Positions 1 through 8,841 of a stretch of 32,152 bases of DNA are shown here, in pieces; within the stretch, counting starts at the first letter, position 1, and each line of letters starts with the position of its first letter. The position numbers and the translations under genes are program-made. Origin of the DNA: Marmoricola sp. (GTDB lineage: Bacteria; Actinomycetota; Actinomycetes; Propionibacteriales; Nocardioidaceae); assembly GCA_046595715.1 (NCBI GenBank), contig JBKJON010000467.1, positions 1 through 32,152 on the forward strand, read 5' to 3'. A model generated the notes under the pieces. That model made no database searches and had not been told where the DNA came from. It saw nothing but the letters and a program-made list of their open reading frames with translations.

Positions 1-64
1 GCGCACGGTCATCGCGCTGGTGATGCAGACGCTGGACAACTCCATCACCACCTCCCCGGTGCGC
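1..64 (+). other. Terminal inverted segment of choD (fold-back chimera)
   Basis: The + strand from base 2 reads RTVIALVMQTLDNSITTSPVR, the expected continuation of the minus-strand ...HWSERT. The segment is bounded by the inverted 6-mer GCGCAC (1-6) / GTGCGC (59-64). Confidence 0.85.
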
Positions 65-1239
65 TCCGACCAGTGCTTGACGTCGTAGAGGCCGGCGACG
101 TTCCTCCGCTCGCGCCACATCTCCTTGAGCCAGGTCTGCCAGCGCGGGCCGGGGCCGTCGCCGTCGGTGAGCACGGTCTGCATCAGGGCCATCAGGTTGC
201 TGCCCTTGCCGTAGCGCACGGGCTCGACGTGGGTGTCCGCGTCGGGGTGGAAGGACGAGGTGATGGCCACGCCGTAGCTGTAGTCGATCTTCCGGTCAGG
301 AGCGATCGCGCCGAGGATCGACTCGGAGTTGGTACGGGACAGGAAGCCGAGGCGGTCCGAGAGCCTCGGCAGGTGGTCGTCGGCCTTCATCTTGTGCAGC
401 AGCTTCTGGGTGCCGATCGCGGCCGCGGCGAAGATGACCTGCTCGGCCGTGATGGTCCGGGTCGATCCTGGTGTCGACCGCGTCGCCTTGGTGAACTTCA
501 GCGCGACCTCGTAACCACCCTCGGCGCCCGGGGAGACCCGGGTGACGGTGGTCAGTGGCATCACCTTCGCGCCACACTGCTCGGCGAGGTAGAGGTAGTT
601 CTTCACCAGCGTGTTCTTGGCGTTGTACTTGCACCCCACCATGCAGTCACCGCAGGCGACGCAGGCGTTGCGGTCGGGGCCGACCCCGCCGAAGAACGGG
701 TCTACCGCGCGCTCGCCGCGACGGGCGCCCGGCTCACCGAAGAACACACCCACCGGTACCGGGTGGAAGGTGTCGGCGACCCCGAGATCCGTGGCGACCT
801 TCTCCATGACGTCGTCGGCCGGGGTGCGGAGCGGGTTCTGGACCACGCCGAGCATCCGCTTGGCCTGGTCGTAGTACGGCGCGAGCTCGGTCTTCCAGTC
901 GGTGATGTCGCGCCACTGTGGGTCCTGGTAGAAGGCGTCGAGCGGTTCGTAGAGCGTGTTCGCGTAGACCAGCGACCCACCGCCGACACCGGCGCCGGCC
1001 ATGATCAGGGAGTCGCGCACCGCCTCGATGCGCTGGATGCCGTACAGGCCGAGCTCCGGGCGGAACAGGAACCGCTTGAGGTCCATCGAGGTCTTGGCGA
1101 AGTCGTCGTCCTCGAAGCGGGCACCGGCCTCGATCACCGCGACGCGGTAGCCCTTCTCGACCAGGCGCAGGGCGCTGACCGATCCCCCGAACCCGGATCC
1201 GACGATGACGACGTCGTAGTCATGGCTCTCGTTGCTCAT
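1..1239 (-). CDS. choD: Cholesterol oxidase / GMC-family FAD oxidoreductase, 3' partial (runs off the window; bases ~1-64 are inverted)
   Basis: Absent from the ORF track because it has no stop. Manual translation from ATG 1239 gives MSNESHDYDVVIVGSGFGGSVSALRLVEKGYRVAVIEAG (FAD GxGxxG), GAGVGGGSLVYANTLY, CGDCMVGC, KNTLVKNYLYLAE and WSERT, all typical of actinobacterial ChoD. ATGA overlap with the upstream ORF stop at 1236-1238. Confidence 0.9.
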   Translation of the reverse strand, partial: MSNESHDYDVVIVGSGFGGSVSALRLVEKGYRVAVIEAGARFEDDDFAKTSMDLKRFLFRPELGLYGIQRIEAVRDSLIMAGAGVGGGSLVYANTLYEPLDAFYQDPQWRDITDWKTELAPYYDQAKRMLGVVQNPLRTPADDVMEKVATDLGVADTFHPVPVGVFFGEPGARRGERAVDPFFGGVGPDRNACVACGDCMVGCKYNAKNTLVKNYLYLAEQCGAKVMPLTTVTRVSPGAEGGYEVALKFTKATRSTPGSTRTITAEQVIFAAAAIGTQKLLHKMKADDHLPRLSDRLGFLSRTNSESILGAIAPDRKIDYSYGVAITSSFHPDADTHVEPVRYGKGSNLMALMQTVLTDGDGPGPRWQTWLKEMWRERRNVAGLYDVKHWSERTGEVVMELSSVCITSAMTVR

Positions 1240-1589
1240 GCGCGTCCCAGCTTCTTCATCAGGCGGAGGTTGGCAATCATCACCTTCGCGTAGGTCTTGT
1301 CCGACATGCCGAACATCGGCGCGAAGCGGATCAGCTTCTGCACCGCCACACTTTGCGACTCGGTGTAGCGCAGGATGCCCTCGCTGCCCTGCCGGCGTCC
1401 CATGCCCGACTCGCGCATGCCGCCCATCGGTGAGTACGTCGCCACCGTGTGCCCGGACGTGGACACCACCCGGTTGGTCGGCGCCCGTCCGTAGGCGGGA
1501 TCGAGGGCGTAGGTGGCCGTGAGGTCGTGCTCCGGATCGGAGGGCCCGACCTGCTCGCTGGACTGGGAGGGGTCGGGCTGCACAGACAT
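1236..1589 (-). pseudogene. Succinic semialdehyde / aldehyde dehydrogenase (GabD2-like) remnant with a large in-frame internal deletion
   Basis: 117-aa ORF. Its second half (SPMGGMRESGMGRRQGSEGILRYTESQSV) is the ALDH C-terminal PxGGxKxSGxGR motif, joined directly to an ALDH-like N-terminus ending ...VATYSP. The NAD(P)-binding and catalytic Cys/Glu regions are absent. An ALDH gene upstream of choD is a common actinobacterial arrangement. Confidence 0.8.
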
Positions 1590-1595
1590 GGACGC

Positions 1596-1624
1596 AGCCT
1601 ATACTCGCCAGTAACTTGACACAA
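1596..1624 (-). promoter_or_regulatory. Putative sigma-A promoter for a leaderless transcript (ALDH remnant-choD)
   Basis: Minus strand reads TTGTGT-N17-TAGGCT-N6-ATG(1589). The spacer contains the short palindrome TACT-N4-AGTA (1602-1613), a possible operator. Confidence 0.55.
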
Positions 1625-1656
1625 TGGTGCGGCTTGTAAAATGCGCCTCGTGTGGG

Positions 1657-2613
1657 TCAGGCCTCGTCAGGCTCCACCGGCGGCGCCGCTCCCGCGTCCT
1701 CGTCACGCTCGGCCCAGTCCAGCAGAGAAGTGAGGTCGAAGACGGCGTCGTCGATCCCGGCGTGCAGGTCGCCGACCTCCGCGAACCTCGACGGCACGGT
1801 GGCGATCGTGAAGTCGTCGGGATGACAGCCGTCGACCTCGTCCCACCGGATCGGGGTGGACACGGTGCCCATCGGGTTCCCCCGCACGGAGTAGGCCGCG
1901 GCGATCGTGTGGTCGCGGGCGTTCTGGTTGTAGTCCACGAAGAGCTGGGCCGGATCGCGATCCTTGCGCCACCAGGTCGTGGTCACCTCGTCGGTGCGTC
2001 GCTCCACCTCGCGGGCGAAGGCCAGCGCGGCCCGGCGTACGTCCTTGAAGCCGTGGTCGGGCGCGATCCGCACGTAGATGTGCATCCCGGAGCCACCACT
2101 GGTCTTGGGGAAGCCCGTGGCCCCGAGCTCCTCGAGCACCTCGTGGGACACGTGAGCGACCCGTTGAACGGTCTCCCACGTGCACTCCGGGCCGGGGTCG
2201 AGGTCGATGCGCCACTCGTCCGGCTTCTCGGTGTCGGCGCGTCGGCTGTTCCAGGGGTGGAACTCCACCGTGCTCATCTGCACGGCCCAGACGACCTGGG
2301 CCAGCTCGGTGACGCACAGCTCGTCGGCGGTCCGGTTCCACCGCGGGAAGTGCACCCGCACGGTCTCCATCCACGGCGGCGCCCCCTTCGGCAGCCGTTT
2401 CTGGTGGATCTTCTCCCCCGTCACCCCGGTGGGGAAGCGGTGCAGCATGCAGGGTCGCTCCCGCAGAGCGTTGAGGATCCCGTCGCCGACCGCGAGGTAG
2501 TAGTGCACCAGGTCGAGCTTGGTCTCACCGCGCTCCGGGAAGTAGACCCGGTCAGGGTTGGAGACGCGTACGACCCGGTTCTCGACCTCTATCTCGGTGG
2601 CGGGCGCGGGCAT
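1657..2613 (-). CDS. Stand-alone LigD polymerase-domain protein (AEP primase-polymerase, PolD/Prim-PolC-like)
   Basis: From ATG 2613: VSNPDRVYFP, TKLDLVHYY, RFPTG, IDLDP (catalytic DxD), KTSGGSGMHIY, FVDYNQN, AAYSVR. No ligase or phosphoesterase domain. TGATG overlap with the cysQ stop. The N-terminal 182 aa of the tracked ORF overlap cysQ in another frame. Confidence 0.9.
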   Translation of the reverse strand: MPAPATEIEVENRVVRVSNPDRVYFPERGETKLDLVHYYLAVGDGILNALRERPCMLHRFPTGVTGEKIHQKRLPKGAPPWMETVRVHFPRWNRTADELCVTELAQVVWAVQMSTVEFHPWNSRRADTEKPDEWRIDLDPGPECTWETVQRVAHVSHEVLEELGATGFPKTSGGSGMHIYVRIAPDHGFKDVRRAALAFAREVERRTDEVTTTWWRKDRDPAQLFVDYNQNARDHTIAAAYSVRGNPMGTVSTPIRWDEVDGCHPDDFTIATVPSRFAEVGDLHAGIDDAVFDLTSLLDWAERDEDAGAAPPVEPDEA

Positions 2614-3392
2614 CACCGCCCCTGGTCGGTGCCGTGCTCGCGGATGAAGTCGAGAATCACTTCCGACAGCTCGGGACGGCAGATGACGAGGTCCGGCAGT
2701 GACACGTCGTCCTGGTTGTAGACGAGCGGGCTGCCGTCGACCCGACTGGTGAACAGTCCGGCGGCGCGGGCGACGGCGACCGGCGCAGCGGAGTCCCACT
2801 CGTACTGCCCGCCGGCGTGTACATAGGCGTCGCTGACGTCGCGGATGACCGACATCGCCTTGGCGCCGGCTGAGCCCATCGGCACCAGCTCGGCGTCGAT
2901 CTCCCGGGCCAGCGCCTTGACGAACTCCGGAGGACGGGTGCGCGAGACGACCAGACGCGGCCGGGACGCCGTCGAAGGAGCCACGACGGGTGGTCGACCG
3001 GTGTCGTAGGTGATGTCGAGCGCGGGCAGCGCCACCGCTCCTGCCGACAGCTCGCCCGCCCCGGAGGACGTGCGCTCCCACAGGGCCACGTGCACGGCCC
3101 AGTCCTCGCGCGGCGGCTCGGAGAACTCGCGGGTGCCGTCGAGCGGATCCACGATCCACACCCGGTCGGCCGAGAGTCGGGCCTTGTCGTCCTTGCCCTC
3201 CTCGCTGAGCACGACGTCGTCGGGTCGATGCTCGCCCAGGAGCTCCACCAGCAGGTCATGGGCGGCCTGGTCACCCGCGTCCTTGAGCGCACGACCCTCG
3301 AGACCACGCCGGCGGACCTCCAGCAGCAGGAGTCCGGCCTCGGTGGCGGTCCAGGCCGCGAGCGCGTGATCGTCCGCACCCTGGCGGATCAC
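2613..3392 (-). CDS. cysQ: 3'(2'),5'-bisphosphate nucleotidase (PAP phosphatase), inositol monophosphatase superfamily
   Basis: Motifs LSEEG, WIVDPLDGTREF, MGSAGAK and GGQYEWDSAAPVAVA match actinobacterial CysQ. Start placed at GTG 3392 (GTGA overlap with the upstream stop). Confidence 0.9.
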   Translation of the reverse strand: MIRQGADDHALAAWTATEAGLLLLEVRRRGLEGRALKDAGDQAAHDLLVELLGEHRPDDVVLSEEGKDDKARLSADRVWIVDPLDGTREFSEPPREDWAVHVALWERTSSGAGELSAGAVALPALDITYDTGRPPVVAPSTASRPRLVVSRTRPPEFVKALAREIDAELVPMGSAGAKAMSVIRDVSDAYVHAGGQYEWDSAAPVAVARAAGLFTSRVDGSPLVYNQDDVSLPDLVICRPELSEVILDFIREHGTDQGR

Positions 3393-4399
3393 GAGGACGA
3401 CCGCGTCACGAAGGGACAGGCGTCCAGCAGGGCCGCGCGATCGAACTCGATCGGGCGAGCGTCGTACTCGAACCGCTCGGCCAGGCTCTCGGGCGACCAC
3501 TCCTCGCCGCGCAGGTCGACGTAGTGCGGCGCCCGCAGCTTGTTCACCGAGGCGAAGTAGTCGTGGTACTTGAACTCGCCGCCGTTGGGGCGGCTGCCCC
3601 CGACCTGGCCGCCGTCGGCTCCGAGCCAGGCACTCGGAATCCCGTAGGCGTCGGCAATGATCAGGCCGTGCAGTGACGAGGAGATGATGGTGCGGCAGCT
3701 CAGGATGTCGCGCGTCACGGTATCGATGTCCTCGGACCCGAAGTCGATGACCTTGACGGGGCCGTCCGGAGCGACATCGCGCCACAGGTGCTCGGAGTGG
3801 CGGATGACGATGCCGACCTCGTGGGTCTTCTCCACCTGAGGCCAGAAGTACATCGGCACCAGCAGCGCCGGATCGCCGTAGACGCGTGGGCAGTCGATAC
3901 CGACGTCGAGCAACCGGCTGCGCGTCAGCGGCCCACGGACGGCGCGGTAGTGCGCGCCGGACTTGAACAACGAGCGGCGTTCGCTGCCGAAGGAACCCGA
4001 CCCCCATACCGTGGACCCTTTCTTGCGGGCGCGGGTGACGACAGAGCCGACGGCCACGTAGCTCTCGTGCTTCGGCGGGGCGAATACCACCGGACGCTGC
4101 GCCACGCGACCCACCAGCCAGGGCGAGAGAAGGTCTCCGTAGTTGGCCGTGTCGGTCCACCAGACCAGCGGGATGCAACCGCCCACGAGCGGCAGGCCGT
4201 CGGCCGGGCGATAGCTCTCACGCAGGGCACGCAGCTCGTCAGGACCGGCGTACTCCGACTCCGCCCCGGGGGCGGACAGCGCTTCTCCGAGCTTCTTCAC
4301 GGCCGTGATGTTGGGGGCTCCGCCGTGGTTCCTGACCTTGCGCACGGCTCTGCGTGCGGAGCGGACCAGGACCTTGGTCTGGGTGGAACGGGCCGCCAT
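3389..4399 (-). CDS. Polysaccharide pyruvyl transferase family protein
   Basis: NYGDLLSPWL, VWGSG, AVRGPLTR, GDPALL, SSSLHGLIIADAYGIP and FKYHDYF are characteristic of ExoV/PssM/GumL-type pyruvyl transferases. Confidence 0.85.
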   Translation of the reverse strand: MAARSTQTKVLVRSARRAVRKVRNHGGAPNITAVKKLGEALSAPGAESEYAGPDELRALRESYRPADGLPLVGGCIPLVWWTDTANYGDLLSPWLVGRVAQRPVVFAPPKHESYVAVGSVVTRARKKGSTVWGSGSFGSERRSLFKSGAHYRAVRGPLTRSRLLDVGIDCPRVYGDPALLVPMYFWPQVEKTHEVGIVIRHSEHLWRDVAPDGPVKVIDFGSEDIDTVTRDILSCRTIISSSLHGLIIADAYGIPSAWLGADGGQVGGSRPNGGEFKYHDYFASVNKLRAPHYVDLRGEEWSPESLAERFEYDARPIEFDRAALLDACPFVTRSSS

Positions 4400-4581
4400 G
4401 GCAGGCCTTTCTGATCGCCTCGATGTCGCGGAAGGGTATCAGCGCGACTACCCCCTCCAGATTCGCCGACGACGAGACGAATGGCGAGACCGGCGGGGCC
4501 GCGAAGCGGCATTCGGCCGAAGCATGCCAACTTCCGGACTAGCATTCACCCTCAGGCTCTTCACTACCGATAGGACGACAG

Positions 4582-6189
4582 GTGCAGCAGAACGACGAAC
4601 CGCAGACCAGCCCGCAGCGTGGGGCACTGGTCGCCGCTCTGCGTCGCAGCGCCGTCCTCCTACTCGTCCTGGCGCTGCTCGGGACGGCCCTCGGTGTCGC
4701 CGCCGGCCTGCGTCGAGCGGAGAGCCACACCGCCACCTCGTCCATTCTCGTCTCCCCGCTGGAGGGAAACCCCTTCAGCCCGACCGGTCGCGGCGACGAC
4801 CTGGTCAACCTGGAGACCGAGGCACAGCTCGTGGGATCTGACCCCGTGGCCCGCCAGGTGTCTGCCCTCAACGGTGTCAGCGCCACGCCCACAGAGCTCT
4901 TGAGCGGGCTCGACGTGAGCGTGCCGGTGAACACCCAGATCCTGAGGATCACCACCACCGCCGGCTCGGACGCCCTGGCGGTCACCCGTGCCCAGGGCTT
5001 CGCCGACGCCTACCTCGCCTACCGGGTCTCCCGCTCCGAGCAGAACGTCAAGTCCCGTACGGCGCGTATCCAGAGCCAGATCGACGATCAGAACAAGACG
5101 CTCGCCGGCCTGGTGATCAGCTCCAACGCCGAGACCAACACCGCGACCAAGAGTCTCCTAGGTGAGCAGATCACCGGTGTCAGCTCACAGATCGGCCAGC
5201 TCCAGGCCCAGTTGGCCACGCTCCAGACCGGCGCGGTCGACCCGGGACAGGTCATCACGCCGGCCAGCGCGGTCGGGCAGAGCTCGGTCACCGCCGTCGT
5301 TGTCTACGGTCTGGTCGGGCTGCTGGTGGGTCTGCTCCTCGGCCTCGCGATCGTCATCGTGCGGGCCCGAGCCGAGAACCGCATCCACGACGCGAGTGAT
5401 GTCGGGCTCTCAGGCCTGCCCCTGCTGGGCAGCATCTCGAGGAAGGAGATCGTCTCGACCAACCGGGCGGTCGCCTCATCGCACGCCGACGGTGAGATCA
5501 CCATCGGCTCCGGCCTGCAGACCCTCCGGGTCTCCGTCCTGTCTCGGGAACGTCGCCGCCCGCTGCGCGTGCTCTACGCGAGCGCCGCCGATTGGTCCCC
5601 CTCCCCCTACGCCGCGTTGGGGCTCGCCCACGCCACCGCGTCCTCGAGCCTGGCGACCGTGCTGGTGGACGCCACCAGCGGCGCCGGAGACATCTCCAAG
5701 ACCCTGGGGCTGGAGACGCACCCGGGCTTCGGTGACGTGCTGGCCGGTGACGTCTCCCTCCAGCAGGCGCTCCACTCGGTCGCCGGGCACCTCCTCGTGC
5801 TCCCGGCCGGAAAGCTCGACCCCCGGCTGGACGACCTGCTGACCGGCCCGCTGGTCGACGCCCTGTTCGACCAGCTCGGCGAGATCGCCGACGTCCTGAT
5901 CGTTGCCACCGGCCACGCGCTCAGCCCACGCGCCCAGGCCCTGGCCATGGTCACCGACGTGACCATGGTGGAAGCCGTCGAGGACCGGTCCCGCCTGGCC
6001 GATCTCGTCGCGATCGCCGACGACCCGACTCTGGCACCTTCCGTCCTCGGCGTGGTGTTGATCAAGAGCGCCCCGAAGGGCAAGGCCGGCAAGCCGCCGA
6101 AGACTCCCAAGTCACCCAAGCCCGCCAAAGCCGTCCAGACCCCTGCCAACCGCAAGGCCGCCCGGTCCCCCAAGTCCTCCAGGGCATGA
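4582..6189 (+). CDS. Wzc/CpsCD-like polysaccharide co-polymerase (two TM helices, extracytoplasmic coiled coil, degenerate BY-kinase domain)
   Basis: TM1 (VLLLVLALLGTALGVAAG), heptad region (IQSQIDDQ...IGQLQAQLATLQ), PGQVITPA before TM2 (GLVGLLVGLLLGLAIVIV), then GLPLLGSI, VLVDA, GFGDVLAG and LLVLPAG as in CpsD/CapB folds. Confidence 0.8.
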   Translation: MQQNDEPQTSPQRGALVAALRRSAVLLLVLALLGTALGVAAGLRRAESHTATSSILVSPLEGNPFSPTGRGDDLVNLETEAQLVGSDPVARQVSALNGVSATPTELLSGLDVSVPVNTQILRITTTAGSDALAVTRAQGFADAYLAYRVSRSEQNVKSRTARIQSQIDDQNKTLAGLVISSNAETNTATKSLLGEQITGVSSQIGQLQAQLATLQTGAVDPGQVITPASAVGQSSVTAVVVYGLVGLLVGLLLGLAIVIVRARAENRIHDASDVGLSGLPLLGSISRKEIVSTNRAVASSHADGEITIGSGLQTLRVSVLSRERRRPLRVLYASAADWSPSPYAALGLAHATASSSLATVLVDATSGAGDISKTLGLETHPGFGDVLAGDVSLQQALHSVAGHLLVLPAGKLDPRLDDLLTGPLVDALFDQLGEIADVLIVATGHALSPRAQALAMVTDVTMVEAVEDRSRLADLVAIADDPTLAPSVLGVVLIKSAPKGKAGKPPKTPKSPKPAKAVQTPANRKAARSPKSSRA

Positions 6190-7757
6190 CCGAGACCGGC
6201 CCACAGGTCGGCGACGACACCCGCCGACACCTCACCCACATCGCACGCGGTGGCGCCATCGGCCTGGTCGGCGCCGGCGTCTCGGCCGTCTCCGGGTTCG
6301 TCCTGGTGCTCGCCGTCACCAACGGCTACGACGCCCACACCGCCGGGCTCTTCTTCACCGTCACCTCGGCGTTCATGCTGCTGTCCGCGATGGCCACCCT
6401 GGGCACCGAGACCGGTCTCGGGCGATTCCTGCTGCGCTATGAGGCGCAGGACCGACGCGGTGACATCCCCCCGACGCTGCGCGCCGCTTTCCGACCCACG
6501 ATCACCTACTCGCTCGTCATCGCGATCCTGGTCCTCGTCTTCGCCGAACCGTTGTCGCGGCTGATCGGACTGCAGGACGAGGGGGCCTCGAGCCTCCGGG
6601 TACTGGCCGTGGTGCTGCCCCTTGCCACGTGGAACGCCCTGACGCTGGCCGGTACCCGCGCCTTCGGGCGGATGCGCGCCACCGTCCTGGTTGACAAGAT
6701 CGGTCGTGCGGCCGCCCAGCCCCTGCTGGTCTTCCTCGCCTCCCTGACCGCCGTCGGGCTCTTCGGAATGAGCATCGCCTGGGCAGTGCCGTACGCCGTC
6801 TCGGCCCTGGTCTCCGCGTGGATCTTCCAGCGCTTCCTGCACCGTCGTGGCACCCACGAGCACACCGAGCCCACGCGGACCTACAAGGAGCTCCGGCGCG
6901 AGTTCTGGAAGTTCACGTGGCCACGCAGCATCACCCGCATCTCCCAGATGGCGATCCAGCGGATGGACATCATCCTGGTCGCAGCGCTGATGTCGCCGAA
7001 GGACGCCGCGATCTACACCGCGGCCACCCGGTTCGTGGCGCTGGGACAGTTCGGAACCCAGGCGATCCAGCAGGTGCTGCAGCCGAAGTTCACCGCCCTC
7101 CTCGCCAACCACGAGCACGAGAGCCTCCGGGACGTCTACCAGATCTCGGCCGCCTGGAGCATGTGCATCGCCTGGCCGATGTACATGGTCGTCGCCTCGG
7201 CCCCGCTGGCCTACCTGGGACTGTTCGGGTCGGCGTACTCGTCGAGCAACGGGATCACGGTCGTCTTGTTGATGTCGGCAGCAATGCTGTTCTCGGTGTC
7301 CACGGGCCCCGCCGACACGTTGCTGCTGATGTCGGGGCGCAGTGCGCTGAGCCTGATCAACTCGCTCACGGCTCTCGTGCTCGACATAGGCTTGTGCGTG
7401 CTGCTGATCCCCGAGATGGGGATCGCCGGCGCGGCCCTGGCCTGGGCCGTCGCGGTCGGCATCCGGGCCATCCTCTCCCTGGTGCAGGTGCGCGTCACGA
7501 TGGGGATCGTCAGCTTCGGACCAGCGGCAGCCATCGCCGCGGCGGCCAACGTGCTCTGCTTCGTGGTTCCGCTCGTCGTCCTCGGCCTCTTCATGGACGT
7601 CACCATCGTGAGTCTGGTCCTGGCCATGCTCGTGTGTGTGCCGCTCTACGCCCTCGCGCTCTGGTTCGGCCGGAACCGCCTGATGCTCTCGGTGCTGCGT
7701 GGACTGGTCCGGCGTACGCCGGCGCCGGCCGTGGCGGAGGGCGACGCACGTGTCTAG
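6186..7757 (+). CDS. Wzx-type polysaccharide flippase (MOP/PST family)
   Basis: 523 aa with about 14 hydrophobic segments. Motifs LGTETGLGRF, RMDIILVAAL, AAIYTAATRF, VLQPKF and LLIPEMGIAGAALAW. ATGA overlap with the upstream gene. Confidence 0.85.
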   Translation: MTETGPQVGDDTRRHLTHIARGGAIGLVGAGVSAVSGFVLVLAVTNGYDAHTAGLFFTVTSAFMLLSAMATLGTETGLGRFLLRYEAQDRRGDIPPTLRAAFRPTITYSLVIAILVLVFAEPLSRLIGLQDEGASSLRVLAVVLPLATWNALTLAGTRAFGRMRATVLVDKIGRAAAQPLLVFLASLTAVGLFGMSIAWAVPYAVSALVSAWIFQRFLHRRGTHEHTEPTRTYKELRREFWKFTWPRSITRISQMAIQRMDIILVAALMSPKDAAIYTAATRFVALGQFGTQAIQQVLQPKFTALLANHEHESLRDVYQISAAWSMCIAWPMYMVVASAPLAYLGLFGSAYSSSNGITVVLLMSAAMLFSVSTGPADTLLLMSGRSALSLINSLTALVLDIGLCVLLIPEMGIAGAALAWAVAVGIRAILSLVQVRVTMGIVSFGPAAAIAAAANVLCFVVPLVVLGLFMDVTIVSLVLAMLVCVPLYALALWFGRNRLMLSVLRGLVRRTPAPAVAEGDARV

Positions 7758-8841
7758 ACAGACAGTGATGTTCGAAAGCTGGCGCGGCCTCTACGCCGAC
7801 AGCCCTCGCGCCCTGTCCGAGCAGCTGGCGGTCTCCGGCCCGGACATGAAGCGGGTGTGGGTGACGACCGGCGAGAACGAGTTCCCCTCCGACGTCGCGA
7901 CGGTGACCCGCCACAGCCCGTCGTACTTCCGCGCCCTCCTGACGACCGACGTCCTGGTCGCCAACGACATCGTCTCCCAACACCTCGTCAAGGGTCCACG
8001 GGTGCACTACCTCCAGACCTGGCACGGCACTCCGCTCAAGCTCATCGGGTACGACGAGCGCAACCACGCCTACTCCGGCGCCCGGGCCCACCTCAAGCGG
8101 ATGTCTCGCGACGTGGCGAAGTGGGACTTCCTGATATCGCCCAGCCCGGCGTGCAGTGAAATGTTCCGTTCCGCGTTCCACTTCGAGGGTGAGATCTGGG
8201 AGACCGGCTATCCCCGAAACGACCTCCTGCACTCCTCCGGCGCGGAGGCGAGACGCGTGGAGGTACGCCGTCAGCTCGGCATCGCCGACGGAGTGATCGC
8301 AGTCCTGCATGCACCCACGTGGCGCGACGACGACAAGTCCGACGACGGTCGGTTCCGGCAGTCGGTGATGCTGGACCCCGACCTGCTTGCCGAGGCCCTG
8401 CCCGAGGGCGCCCGTCTGCTGGTGCGCCTGCACCGCAACGTGAAGCAACGACCAACCGGCTCGAGGCCCGGTTTCGTGCTCGACGTCAGCGACCACCCCG
8501 AGATTGCGGACCTCTACCTCGCCGCCGACGTGCTGGTCTCGGACTACTCCTCAGCGGTCTACGACTTCGCCGTGACGGGTAAGCCGATCATCCTCTACGC
8601 CCCTGACCTCGACCGCTACCGCGACACGGTCCGGGGGCTCTACTTCGACTACGAGGACTGGGCCCCGGGGCCGCTGGCCACCACCCAGGAGGAGATGGCC
8701 ACGGCGATGGCTGCACTGTCGACGCACGACGAGCGGTGGGCCGGGCGCTACGCCGGTTTCACGGCGACGTTCTGCCCGCACGAGGACGGCCAAGCCGGCA
8801 GGCGGGTCATCGACCGGCTTCGCTCAGCCCTCGCCCGCTGA
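7750..8841 (+). CDS. CDP-glycerol/polyol glycerophosphotransferase family protein (TagF/TagB-like)
   Basis: MFESWRG..DSPRA, YLQTWHGTPLKLIG, TGYPRNDLL, APTWRD, ADVLVSDYSS..YDF and PHEDG..GRRV. Start placed at GTG 7750, downstream of GGAGGG. Confidence 0.9.
   Translation: MSRQTVMFESWRGLYADSPRALSEQLAVSGPDMKRVWVTTGENEFPSDVATVTRHSPSYFRALLTTDVLVANDIVSQHLVKGPRVHYLQTWHGTPLKLIGYDERNHAYSGARAHLKRMSRDVAKWDFLISPSPACSEMFRSAFHFEGEIWETGYPRNDLLHSSGAEARRVEVRRQLGIADGVIAVLHAPTWRDDDKSDDGRFRQSVMLDPDLLAEALPEGARLLVRLHRNVKQRPTGSRPGFVLDVSDHPEIADLYLAADVLVSDYSSAVYDFAVTGKPIILYAPDLDRYRDTVRGLYFDYEDWAPGPLATTQEEMATAMAALSTHDERWAGRYAGFTATFCPHEDGQAGRRVIDRLRSALAR

Noticed and set aside
2613-4178. Tracked 521-aa CysQ and 500-aa LigD-type ORFs suggesting long N-terminal extensions or fusions
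   Set aside because: The extensions are Arg-rich off-frame read-through of the upstream genes. Stop/start overlaps at 3389-3392 and 2611-2615 give normal-sized proteins.
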